A stretch of DNA of 64,000 nucleotides from Promethearchaeota archaeon (GTDB taxonomy: Archaea > Asgardarchaeota > Lokiarchaeia > Sigyniarchaeales > SOKP01): the NCBI GenBank assembly GCA_019058015.1, contig JAHLWH010000091.1, positions 1,241-65,240 on the forward strand, in the 5' to 3' direction. A program made the position numbers and the translations under genes. Positions 48,601-56,228 of this stretch are shown here, in pieces; positions within the stretch are counted from its first letter, which is position 1, and the number at the start of each line of letters is the position of its first letter. The notes below the pieces were generated by a model that worked only from the letters and a program-made list of their open reading frames with translations, was not told the DNA's origin and searched no databases.

Positions 48601-48990
48601 AAGTTTTTCACTTTTAATATCCTTTGTTTCATCATTTGCCTTTTCTTTATCTTTATCCTTCAATTCTTCTTGATGTCTATCATTTTTTCCATCTTTAGTT
48701 ATTCTCTCATCAATTTCTTTTCTTTTTTGGCTTTCTTCCTCTTCATTCAGTTTTTTCTTCTCTTCTGCTTCTTCTTTTAGCCTTTCTAAATATTCTTTCG
48801 ATTCTCGCTTCTCCTTTTCATCTTGTTCCTTTATCATTTCTTCAAGCTCTTTTTTTTTTAATTTTTCTTCAGAAATATCATCTTTTCTTTCTTGAGGTCT
48901 ATCTTCTATTTTCTCCTTGGGTTTTTCCTTTATTTTTTCTTTAGGCTTCTCATAATAATCTTTACCGCCCCAATCACTACCAAACTCCAT
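45694..48990 (-). CDS. Orphan 1098-aa modular protein: K/E-rich N-terminus, HTH-like helical modules (three tandem ~87-aa repeats), C-terminal zinc ribbon plus Vsr/PD-(D/E)xK-like domain
   Basis: This is one uninterrupted ORF. Aa 1-160 are charged and low-complexity (KEKIKEKPKEKIEDRP...). Aa 648-905 hold three tandem related modules. Aa 931-960 read WECSKGH...HWCPEC. Aa 997-1017 read LHLDGYCEELSIAFEYHGIQH. All antisense ORFs in the track here are shadows of the purine-rich coding strand. Confidence 0.7.
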   Translation of the reverse strand: MEFGSDWGGKDYYEKPKEKIKEKPKEKIEDRPQERKDDISEEKLKKKELEEMIKEQDEKEKRESKEYLERLKEEAEEKKKLNEEEESQKRKEIDERITKDGKNDRHQEELKDKDKEKANDETKDIKSEKLKEKIDDKEKEEVHEGITKKEIEEYRKETIEVFGDFILQMYLEEFSIEKKISANKGTEIRPEFKEYIEKLDDGVIDHYRESLLEKCDLINKKHLFDKFLIDVLYNKDNPLEFISDYEKHTGLEISFGTIEKIAKENNIEIKIFAESIYKDIDETEISENQILRKENRELKKEFLDLREREQEYCNKIYNLEKEKLEKETREIEVLDEYNNKSHEITEGHPNDYKNREIENEIEELSGSHGTPINIPREKKSDKTLDKNSISVEKKTISKIGKTNEEINCNKKENIIDKENSDFKNINENITNEKEMISKLDIKLKQTLEFTNLMDKGVQKIFIEYEKIFKKNANYGLRLTKKFLYWVNYNKKVENGLRIKCININKNKEIEKFIAYKLKYCNLDINKVQEIANNIGLKIDWRKINYIIEQYYLNSIKSEEKKSIKSKLLDFFDEKYSLLKKEVEVSINFVNVKNLSEFQGLREKYFQNIRSEWLKKKLGKTYKEYINEVMSDKKMRPNINRNENIENKDISLTLDVLKKIRKNFSNVLGYKNKITRNIYQIIHRCSKYNVKIRYDTIKEIEHNINKYLTGDVKRKSIDLLNSLKEKKNFDKIEKSLEGRFFEVLRVAFVNEKSRFINNKELGNILNLDITRSLKNNSKISNDSLRCFIDSIERNLSGKNKKLALKTLERLNTFYSEDKNANAIEGKFFDTLSTAFSREVNKKFISNYELGLEFSIDVNKCLHSYKFLKNITIEKLENKINKKLSGKNKEQSLEALDNLKKEYNKRNIERMQLIARKLDKRGICVSKIYINNRTKLMWECSKGHTFEMKPNDVTEGHWCPECSYGRSENNCREYFEKIFKKNFPKLSPHWLINEEGNRLHLDGYCEELSIAFEYHGIQHYEFPNYYHKTREEFEKQLANSRIKRKRCKGNNVTLVEIPYYIHTFKNFEPIRNYIIQQCKVLGIKIPDNLSIMDLLYFTEN
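46276..47049 (-). repeat. Three tandem ~87-aa protein-level repeat modules inside the 1098-aa ORF
   Basis: Repeat anchors are spaced 87-88 aa apart. One set is LTGDVKRKSIDLLNSLKE (aa 707), LSGKNKKLALKTLERLN (aa 794) and LSGKNKEQSLEALDNLKK (aa 882). Another is LEGRFFEVLRVAF (aa 735) and IEGKFFDTLSTAF (aa 822). A third is NNKELGNILNLDITRSL and SNYELGLEFSIDVNKCL. Confidence 0.6.
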
Positions 48991-49091
48991 AATTTATCAC
49001 AATTTATTTTCTATTAATAATATTATAAATTAAACATTTATAAAGAGAAAAATCCTTTATATCAAATACAACCTAACTCACTAATAATGAT

Positions 49092-49195
49092 TAGGCGAGG
49101 GGGAATTCGAATCCCCGATCTCTACGGTCTGCCCATTAATCTAAAATTAAAATAATTGTGAGCGTAGCGCACTAACCGGGCTGTGCTACTCGCCT
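49092..49195 (-). tRNA. tRNA-Val (anticodon CAC) with an intron in the anticodon loop
   Basis: Manual cloverleaf: acceptor AGGCGAG/CTCGCCT; D arm GCAC-AGCCCGGTTA-GTGC; anticodon stem CTACG/CGTAG with loop CTCACA|intron|C; variable loop AGATC; T arm GGGGA-TTCGAAT-TCCCC; discriminator A. CCA is not encoded. A TTTATATA-like element (minus strand, about 49214..49221) lies about 20-26 nt upstream. Confidence 0.85.
49128..49156 (-). other. tRNA intron (about 29 nt) at or near the canonical 37/38 position
   Basis: AUUAUUUUAAUUUUAGAUUAAUGGGCAGA separates A37 from C38. Exon CUCA (32-35) can pair with intron UGGG, and intron UUA can pair with UAA. The 3' bulge is longer than a strict bulge-helix-bulge motif, so the exact boundaries are provisional. 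Confidence 0.55.
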
Positions 49196-49292
49196 ATAAA
49201 TAAAAAATTAATTATATAAAAAACAAATAAACCAAAAAAGATAAATTTGATTAATTTCTAAATTTAATATTAACCTATTTGAGGTCTCATTT

Positions 49293-49595
49293 TTGTCCAC
49301 TCCTAATGAAACAAGAAAATTACGTAAAAAATATAAAGATGTACAAAAAAAAATCAAAATAGGTTCAATTTTTCTTACAAGATTTGAAAAAGCAAGAATA
49401 GTAGGAGCTAGAGCTTTACAGATATCGTTTGGAGCGCCAATTCTTATTATTCGACCCAAAGAAGTTATAGATCCAATCAAAATTGCTCAGTTAGAACTAG
49501 AATCTGGTATCCTCCCCTTGACTTTACGTAGAAGACTTCCAAATGCAGATTATCAAGATATTCCCATAAACTGGCTCGTTATTAAGAAAAGTTAA
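49293..49595 (+). CDS. rpoK: DNA-directed RNA polymerase subunit K (Rpo6/RpoK)
   Basis: LTRFEKARIVGARALQISFGAPILI and ELESGILPLTLRRRLPN are Rpo6/Rpb6 signatures. The only available start is TTG at 49293, preceded by GAGGT at 49281..49285. Confidence 0.85.
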   Translation: MSTPNETRKLRKKYKDVQKKIKIGSIFLTRFEKARIVGARALQISFGAPILIIRPKEVIDPIKIAQLELESGILPLTLRRRLPNADYQDIPINWLVIKKS

Positions 49596-49626
49596 TTATT
49601 TCTTTTAATTGTTTTTTAAAATATAA

Positions 49627-50130
49627 TCACTGAATTCTGTATTTTCCTCTCTCTGTTAAGTAAAAAACATCATTCTCTGCGATTCTTTCCTTGATCACAT
49701 AACCTTTCTTTATTAAACCATTTAAAATTTTTAAAAGATCATCTTTTTTAAATGGTTCAATTCCTAAAGGAATTCTACTCTGATTCGCAATTATTGCTAT
49801 GCGTCTCAAAAACATTCTTTTATCCATAATTGATTCAAGTATCGTCAATTCTTCGTTAGATAACTTTTCAAATTGATCATGTTCTAAAAGTCGATCTTTT
49901 AATACTTTAGATAAATCTTGAACATGTTCCCCAACTTCTTGTTTTTTAGTTTCAACATGAGATAATATAACTAAATCTTTGGCTACTGGAATTTTTTTCT
50001 TTATTTCTTCATCATCCTTCTCATTACTTATTGTATTCTCCATAAACCGATGTTTCTTTAATTTCTCTTTCTTTTTCTCTTTTTCATCTTTTTCAAAATA
50101 ATGCAAATTTTTCAAACCTTTTAATAACAA
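49627..50130 (-). CDS. Hypothetical protein with C-terminal winged-helix-like domain
   Basis: 167 aa with a charged N-terminus. The C-terminal LLKILNGLIKKGYVIKERIAENDVFYLTERGKYRI has the wHTH (MarR/PadR-like) wing pattern. TTG start; an alternative ATG lies at aa 30. Confidence 0.35.
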   Translation of the reverse strand: MLLKGLKNLHYFEKDEKEKKKEKLKKHRFMENTISNEKDDEEIKKKIPVAKDLVILSHVETKKQEVGEHVQDLSKVLKDRLLEHDQFEKLSNEELTILESIMDKRMFLRRIAIIANQSRIPLGIEPFKKDDLLKILNGLIKKGYVIKERIAENDVFYLTERGKYRIQ

Positions 50131-50204
50131 TTAAAAAATTTTAATTTTTATTATATTAAAATTATCTTAATTTTTAAAAATAAAAATATCTCTAATGAAA
50201 AAAT

Positions 50205-50780
50205 ATGAAAAAAAAAATAACATTGCCAAATAGATGTTCCATTATTTTAAAACATGCAAACCGTGAAGATGTTGATGGTGTTTGGAAAAATTTTAATGCT
50301 GTTGTTGATGAAGGAATCTATTTACCAATATTTGAAAAGGTGTGTGATATTGAAAGGGAATCCTGGTTTGAAGATATAAAATTGGGAAGAGATTTATGTG
50401 TTGTGGCTCAAATTCCCGATGCAAGACCTCCAGATAATATCGCAGGGCAATGTGAAATTACAGATCCCGAATGGGATGCAGCGGCACATCATGTCGGAAT
50501 TTTAGGAATCATTATAAGAGAAGATTTTAGGGGATTAGGACTTGGAGAGATATTAATTGATTATGCAATACGTGAGTCAAAAAAATTAAAAAATAAAACT
50601 AAAATTATTTTATCTTGTTTTTCAACTAATAAAATCGCATTATCTCTTTATAAAAAATTGGGTTTTGAAAAAATAGGGATTAGAAAAAAACAATTCTATA
50701 TGAATGAACAATTTTATGATGAAGTTTTAATGGAAATTTTTATTGAAGATTATTTAAAGGATAAAGAAAAAAACCATTAA
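50205..50780 (+). CDS. GNAT-family N-acetyltransferase
   Basis: The acetyl-CoA-binding motif A is IIIREDFRGLGLGEILIDYAI, with SLYKKLGFEKIG downstream. Confidence 0.8.
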   Translation: MKKKITLPNRCSIILKHANREDVDGVWKNFNAVVDEGIYLPIFEKVCDIERESWFEDIKLGRDLCVVAQIPDARPPDNIAGQCEITDPEWDAAAHHVGILGIIIREDFRGLGLGEILIDYAIRESKKLKNKTKIILSCFSTNKIALSLYKKLGFEKIGIRKKQFYMNEQFYDEVLMEIFIEDYLKDKEKNH

Positions 50781-50854
50781 ATAGATACAATTCATATTAT
50801 GTAAATGAACTCATTATTCATAAATGATTAAAGAAATAACAGAATTAAGTTTTT

Positions 50855-53800
50855 TTAGGCTTCTATTATCGGTAGAGTAAAATAAAATTCAGTTCCTTTG
50901 TCTTTTCCTTTTGAAGTTCCCCATATTTTTCCACCATGTGCTTCCACAATTCCTTTTGAAATATAAAGCTCAAGTCCTAACCCCTTTTTTCTATTGATAT
51001 GATCAGCACTCTCTTTCTCAATTACTTCAAATTTTTTGAATAATTTTCTAATATCATGAATATTCAACCCTTTACCGTCATTTCTAACTTTAAACAGAAA
51101 TTGATTTTTAATCTTTTTGGCTGAGATCTCGATATTGCCACCATTCAAAGTGAATTTTACAGCATTTAAGAATAAATTAGAAAATACTTCATAAATTCTA
51201 TTGGGGTCAACTTTCAGATATAAATTTTTTTGAACATCTACAATAACATTAAGTTTTTTATCGTTTATTTGAAAACTTAGTTCTTCAACGCAATTTTCAA
51301 TTATATCGTAGATATTTTTTTCCTCTCGGATTATTTCCATTTTTTTTGCATCAATTTTCATTACATCTAATAATTTCTCGATTAAAAGATTTAATCGCTG
51401 AGAATTTTTTTGGATAAGTAAGAGATCTTTCCTGATTTCAAAATCCAACTCTTTATTATGTGTTAAAATATAATCTGTATACCCCGTGATAGAAACCATA
51501 GGTGTTTTTAATTCATGAGCTGCAATTGTAATAAAATCATTTTTTAACTCATCCAATCTCCTTAATTCAATATTCTGCTTCCTTAATTTTTCTTCAGATT
51601 TTCTTAATTTCTGCTCTGCCAACTTCAAGTTGCTAATATCATCAAAAGTTCCTAATACCTTGATGGTTTTTCCTTCTTGATCTAATGTTGGGACCAATTT
51701 AGATCTAAAGAACATAGACTTCCCCCATTTCGAAATGTAAGGTCGCTCAGAACTGATCTTTCGATTTTCCATTATGCACTTTTTAAAATCAGCGGAAATT
51801 CCTGCCTTCATTAAAAGAGGAAAAGTTAAAAGATTAATCTTTTTAGTAGCTTCTTTAGAAGGAGACCCAAGGAGTTTAAGGGCACTTGTATTGACATTAA
51901 GAATGTTTCCATTGACATCACAAGTCAAGATTCCTATAGGTGCTTCATCAAAAAGTGTTCTATATTTTTCTTCTGATTCTTTTATTTGTTGTTCTGCTTC
52001 TTTACGGTCAGTAATATTTCGTATGAAAATTGCAACTTGTTCCTTAGAAAAAAAGAGAAGTCGTGCTTCGTAATACTGATCTTTACTTTTCATGGGAAGA
52101 CAATATTCTAAAATTTGTGGTTGTTTCGAGCTTATTGTCTTTGATACATATTCTTTAGCCATTTTTCCAAGTTTAAAAGGTAATAAGTTACTCAGTTTTT
52201 CACTAAGAAACTGTTCAGGAGAAATAAAAAATTCTTCCCTTTTTCCACGATAATCTATTATGGTAGTATTCTCATCAACAAGAAAGAATAAATCTGGAAT
52301 TGATTCAAAAATTTGCCTGAATTTTTTTTCAGATTTTTCCAATTCTTTAGTCCTTTCAATTACCTTATTTTCCAATTCTCTATTTAATTTTTTTAATTCC
52401 TTCTCAGCTACTTTCCTTTCTGTTATGTCTTGAAGTATTACTTGAATAAGTTTTTTCTCACCTAATTTCACTAAAGAGATATGTAAATTTATCCATACTA
52501 AAGAACCATCCTCAGTATAGCCAGGAATTTCAATAGTAGGTGTAATCATCCCTCCGAGGATCTTCTTAATTCTATCTTCGAATAAATCTTGGAGCTCAGA
52601 TACCTTAAATAACGGTATAATTTCTTTATAATTCTTATTTAATATCTCTTCTTTTTTAATTTCATATAATTTTTCAATAGTCGAATTACTTTCTATAATG
52701 TTTCCCTTTGTATCTACTAATAAAATTGAAAAAGGTGAATTCTCAAATAAATGTCGATATTTTTCCTCAGATTCTTTTAATTTTTCTTCCGCTCTTTTCT
52801 TGTCAGTGATATCTCTTAATAATGTAATAAAACCTACTACATTCCCATTTTTATCATAGTAATTTTTAGAGGAACTTGATAACCAAATATAATGGCCATC
52901 TTTATGTAATGTTCGAAATTCAACTTCACATTTTTCTAAAACTTGTTTTTGTCTAATGGCTTCAGAAAAAAACTTTATTAAATCTTTAAGATCATTTGGA
53001 TGAATTTTGTCAAATAAATTTGATTTAAGATTAATTTCTCTTCCCATCATTTTAGAAAGCTGAGGAGAAACAAATTTATATTTTCCATCAAATCCAACAA
53101 TTACTATTGCATCCTTCGAATTTTCGATAATATTTCTATATTTTTTCTCGGATTTCCTTAATTTTTCTTCCGCTATTTTCTTATCTGTGATATCTTCCGT
53201 GTGAACTAAAACCAAATCTGGAGGAACAAAACCGTAATTAGTTAAAAGATATTTTTTTTTATTTGTACTTTGATAATAATAAAATATTTCACGAGAAATA
53301 TTAACTCTGTCTTTAATACAACGATATAATTCTTCTAAAATTACCGGTTGATCCTTATATAATTCAGACGCTTTAATTCCTAAATAATTTTTAATTTTAC
53401 TATCAGTTATTTTCTCAGAAGCATTATTATAATCAATTAATACGAGATCATTACCATCCTTTTGCCATGTGTATGTAGGGATTGGGATTCCCTTATAAAG
53501 TGCTTTAAATCTCTCTTCAGATGCTTTTAACTTTTGTTCTGCTATTTTACGCTCAGTAATATCACTAATTATACATCTTACACCCGAAATATTTCCTTCT
53601 TTATAAGTCTGTTTAGAATGAATTCTAGCATAAAAGGTGGTTCCGTTCTTTTCTTTCATTAAATATTCCCGAGGTTTAGGTATTTCACCTTTAATTAATT
53701 CTCTAAAATTTTGCATTACTCTTTCTTTTTCCTCAGGAGCAAACATTTCAAGAGCATTTAAACCTCTGTTAATATCTTCCTGAGAATAGCCAAATTTTTC

Positions 53801-54769
53801 AAATCCAATTTGATTAGAATAAGTTATATTAAATTTAGGACCAACCTCAAAAATAATATCAGGCAATAATTCAACCAATTCTCTATGTTTTTTTTCGGAT
53901 TGTTTCAAATTCTGTGTTCTTTCATCAATTTTTTGTTCTAATTCCTTATTCAAATTATTCAATTTTTTCCCGGATTCTTTTAATGCAATTTCCATTTCCT
54001 TCTTATAAGTAATATCTACTAACGTTATAAAATCTGCAGGTTTTCCTTGATATAAAATTGATCTGGAATATACATCAATATATTTTAACTTTCCAGACTT
54101 TGTGAATATTCTACAAGAATATTGTGTTGCAACGTCTGTTTCTCCGGCTTGTTTTTTTTTTGCTTCATCTACTATAAATGATAAATCATCAGGATGAATA
54201 AATCTAATAAATTCCTGCATTGATAAATCTTTAATTTCTTGAAAAGGACGACCACCAATCTTCGCAGCAGTTTCATTTACATATTTAAAAACACCATCCT
54301 GAAGAATAATAATTCCCATTAATGATTGTTCAGAAATTGATCTGAATTTAGATTCTGATTCTTTTAATTTTTTCTCAGAGTTCTTTCTTTCGGTGATATC
54401 ATTTGCAATGCCCAAAATTGCGTAAATTTCTCCATTTTTTTTTAATGGAATTCCATAGGACTCAACATATATAAAATCGCCATTTTTTGTTTTAAGTTGA
54501 TATTCGCTACGTTTAGATTGTTTGCCATTTTCTCTGAGTTCTTTAATAGTGTTTAATGCATCTACTATTTGACCTTTATCAATTAAATCTTTAAAAGAGA
54601 GATTTGGAATATCTTTTCTCTTATATCCAAGCGTTTCTAATGTAACATCATTTGCATCAATAAAATTTCCCTTTAAATCGTGAGCATAAATTAAATCTAA
54701 GGAATTCTCAAATAACGCTTTATATTCTTTCCTAATCTCAGCTCCATCATATGCCATTTTTATCCTCAA
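50855..54769 (-). CDS. Multi-PAS sensor histidine kinase (eight PAS/PAC units + HisKA + HATPase_c)
   Basis: Eight PAS units are delimited by recurring linkers: DITERK, DITDKK, NITDRK or DISNLK followed by AE.KL+.SEEK(Y/F)R. The H-box is ITIAAHELKTPMVSITGY, the N-box is NLFLNAVKFT, G1 is RNDGKGL and G2 is GLGLELYISKGIVEAHGG. Confidence 0.9.
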   Translation of the reverse strand: MRIKMAYDGAEIRKEYKALFENSLDLIYAHDLKGNFIDANDVTLETLGYKRKDIPNLSFKDLIDKGQIVDALNTIKELRENGKQSKRSEYQLKTKNGDFIYVESYGIPLKKNGEIYAILGIANDITERKNSEKKLKESESKFRSISEQSLMGIIILQDGVFKYVNETAAKIGGRPFQEIKDLSMQEFIRFIHPDDLSFIVDEAKKKQAGETDVATQYSCRIFTKSGKLKYIDVYSRSILYQGKPADFITLVDITYKKEMEIALKESGKKLNNLNKELEQKIDERTQNLKQSEKKHRELVELLPDIIFEVGPKFNITYSNQIGFEKFGYSQEDINRGLNALEMFAPEEKERVMQNFRELIKGEIPKPREYLMKEKNGTTFYARIHSKQTYKEGNISGVRCIISDITERKIAEQKLKASEERFKALYKGIPIPTYTWQKDGNDLVLIDYNNASEKITDSKIKNYLGIKASELYKDQPVILEELYRCIKDRVNISREIFYYYQSTNKKKYLLTNYGFVPPDLVLVHTEDITDKKIAEEKLRKSEKKYRNIIENSKDAIVIVGFDGKYKFVSPQLSKMMGREINLKSNLFDKIHPNDLKDLIKFFSEAIRQKQVLEKCEVEFRTLHKDGHYIWLSSSSKNYYDKNGNVVGFITLLRDITDKKRAEEKLKESEEKYRHLFENSPFSILLVDTKGNIIESNSTIEKLYEIKKEEILNKNYKEIIPLFKVSELQDLFEDRIKKILGGMITPTIEIPGYTEDGSLVWINLHISLVKLGEKKLIQVILQDITERKVAEKELKKLNRELENKVIERTKELEKSEKKFRQIFESIPDLFFLVDENTTIIDYRGKREEFFISPEQFLSEKLSNLLPFKLGKMAKEYVSKTISSKQPQILEYCLPMKSKDQYYEARLLFFSKEQVAIFIRNITDRKEAEQQIKESEEKYRTLFDEAPIGILTCDVNGNILNVNTSALKLLGSPSKEATKKINLLTFPLLMKAGISADFKKCIMENRKISSERPYISKWGKSMFFRSKLVPTLDQEGKTIKVLGTFDDISNLKLAEQKLRKSEEKLRKQNIELRRLDELKNDFITIAAHELKTPMVSITGYTDYILTHNKELDFEIRKDLLLIQKNSQRLNLLIEKLLDVMKIDAKKMEIIREEKNIYDIIENCVEELSFQINDKKLNVIVDVQKNLYLKVDPNRIYEVFSNLFLNAVKFTLNGGNIEISAKKIKNQFLFKVRNDGKGLNIHDIRKLFKKFEVIEKESADHINRKKGLGLELYISKGIVEAHGGKIWGTSKGKDKGTEFYFTLPIIEA

Positions 54770-55085
54770 ACTTATTTTTTTTTAAATTAAATTTTGGCTC
54801 TATATTCTTTAGTAATATAATTATTTTTTTATTTTATTGCTATCCAACATATTTAAAAAAAATTGAGAAACTAAACAAAAAATTTTAAATTTCTTCTAAT
54901 TTATTATCGGCTAAGATATCATATCATCAATTTGACAGAAATAAGTAAAGATTCTAAGACATTATTCAAAAATTCATTAAAAGAATATAAAATTAATTGG
55001 AAAAAATTTATTTTATTAAATATGGATTTTAAATAAAAAAAGGTAGAAAAAAAAGAGTTTTTAATTTCTGTTAAGTTTCTCGATG

Positions 55086-56228
55086 TTAGAAGCACCTATG
55101 GATCACTTGAGGCCCCATTTCCTTATATTCTCGCCTAGTTACCCACATTCTATGGAATGTTTTAAGAGATGCGAGAATGGAGCCACCAATCCATACAGAA
55201 TACATTCTTTCTGGAGGAGCTATAATTTTAACGTCAACACTTTCAGGAATTTGTTCTTTTATTTCCTTGGTCAATCGTTCTTTTAACCCTGGATACATTG
55301 TAGAACCACCAGAAAGCACGATATTTCCATAGAGATCTCTTCTTAAATCGACATCACATTCAGAAATTGACCCTACTATAATATCATCCATGGGCTCCAA
55401 TTCTTTACCAATCACGGATGGGTTAAACATGCATTCAGGTGCAAGGAATCTCTCAACTCCAACATTAATTGTTTCACCATCGGGTAACATATAGGATTTT
55501 TCCATACCTGCTACTTTCTTTGAAAGCATCATTTCCTTTTCCGGATCGACAGCTACATAGCATAATTTCTCTTTAATGTCTCGCACAATTTCTTTTTCAG
55601 CTGAAGTTGTAAATGCATAACCTTTTTGTCTCAATAATCTTTGCAAGTAATTGGTGATGTCTCTACCAGCAAGGTCAATTCTTTGAATTGCATGGCTTAA
55701 GGCAAACCCTTCGAATATTGGGACAACGTGTGAAACACCATCTCCAATATCTATAACACACCCCGTGGTACGACCAGAGGCGTATAGAGATAATACTGCT
55801 TGCATTGCAACATATAATGCAGGAACATTAAAGGTTTCAAACATTATTTCAGCCATTTTTTCTCTGTTTGGCCTTGGGTTTAATGGTGCTTCAGTTAAAA
55901 GTACTGGATGTTCGCTAGGATCGATACGCAGATCGGTATAAAAGGTATAATGCCATATTTTTTCCATAGCGGTCCAGTCTTCTATAATACCGTGCTCGAC
56001 AGGAAACATTAATTTGAGGACGCCTTTGAGTTGTAATGCTTCTTCCCCAATATAATACTCTCTAGTATAGTGCTCTACATCCGTCATTATACTTTCGTAT
56101 TTAGGATATCCTATAAGCGTTGGAAATACGGATCGTGGCTGATCTTCTCCAGCAAAACCATTCTTTGAAATACCAGTTCCATTATCTACGACCAAGGCTT
56201 TAGCGGAAAGAAAATCTTCTTCAGACAT
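55086..56228 (-). CDS. Actin (Asgard 'lokiactin'-type, eukaryote-like)
   Basis: 380 aa. [85 protein letters not shown] is near-identical in pattern to eukaryotic actin ([77 protein letters not shown]). Also present are N-terminal VVDNGTG and C-terminal [12 protein letters not shown]. Confidence 0.95.
   Translation of the reverse strand: MSEEDFLSAKALVVDNGTGISKNGFAGEDQPRSVFPTLIGYPKYESIMTDVEHYTREYYIGEEALQLKGVLKLMFPVEHGIIEDWTAMEKIWHYTFYTDLRIDPSEHPVLLTEAPLNPRPNREKMAEIMFETFNVPALYVAMQAVLSLYASGRTTGCVIDIGDGVSHVVPIFEGFALSHAIQRIDLAGRDITNYLQRLLRQKGYAFTTSAEKEIVRDIKEKLCYVAVDPEKEMMLSKKVAGMEKSYMLPDGETINVGVERFLAPECMFNPSVIGKELEPMDDIIVGSISECDVDLRRDLYGNIVLSGGSTMYPGLKERLTKEIKEQIPESVDVKIIAPPERMYSVWIGGSILASLKTFHRMWVTRREYKEMGPQVIHRCF

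Noticed and set aside
46218-48780. Cluster of six plus-strand 72-97-aa ORFs within 46218..48780.
   Set aside because: They are antisense to the purine-rich coding strand of the 1098-aa ORF. Their F/L/S-rich products are the expected mirror image of K/E-rich codons.
45495-49195. Possibility that the 1098-aa gene is the cargo of an element integrated at the tRNA-Val 3' end.
   Set aside because: No integrase or recombinase ORF is present. I could not find a direct repeat of the tRNA 3' segment (GGGGATTCGAATTCCCC...) in the 45495..45693 spacer or elsewhere nearby. I keep it only as a hypothesis to be tested by comparative synteny.
49092-49195. Alternative reading of the tRNA as tRNA-Leu(CAG), obtained by splicing CUCA|...|GAC, or as initiator tRNA because of A1-U72.
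   Set aside because: The variable region is only 5 nt, whereas class II Leu needs a long arm. No splice register yields a CAU anticodon. Val(CAC) with A37 and discriminator A73 is the consistent solution.
50855-54769. Recurrent near-identical ~40-60-nt segments, which could look like a dispersed repeat or CRISPR-like array.
   Set aside because: They are in-frame PAS-PAS linker codons (DITERK...SEEKYR) of one continuous ORF. There is no repeat-spacer periodicity and there are no cas genes. No CRISPR array exists in the window.
55086-56228. Eukaryotic contamination as the source of the actin gene.
   Set aside because: The gene is intron-less, shares the window's AT-rich composition and codon style, and is embedded between archaeal-type genes on one contiguous sequence.
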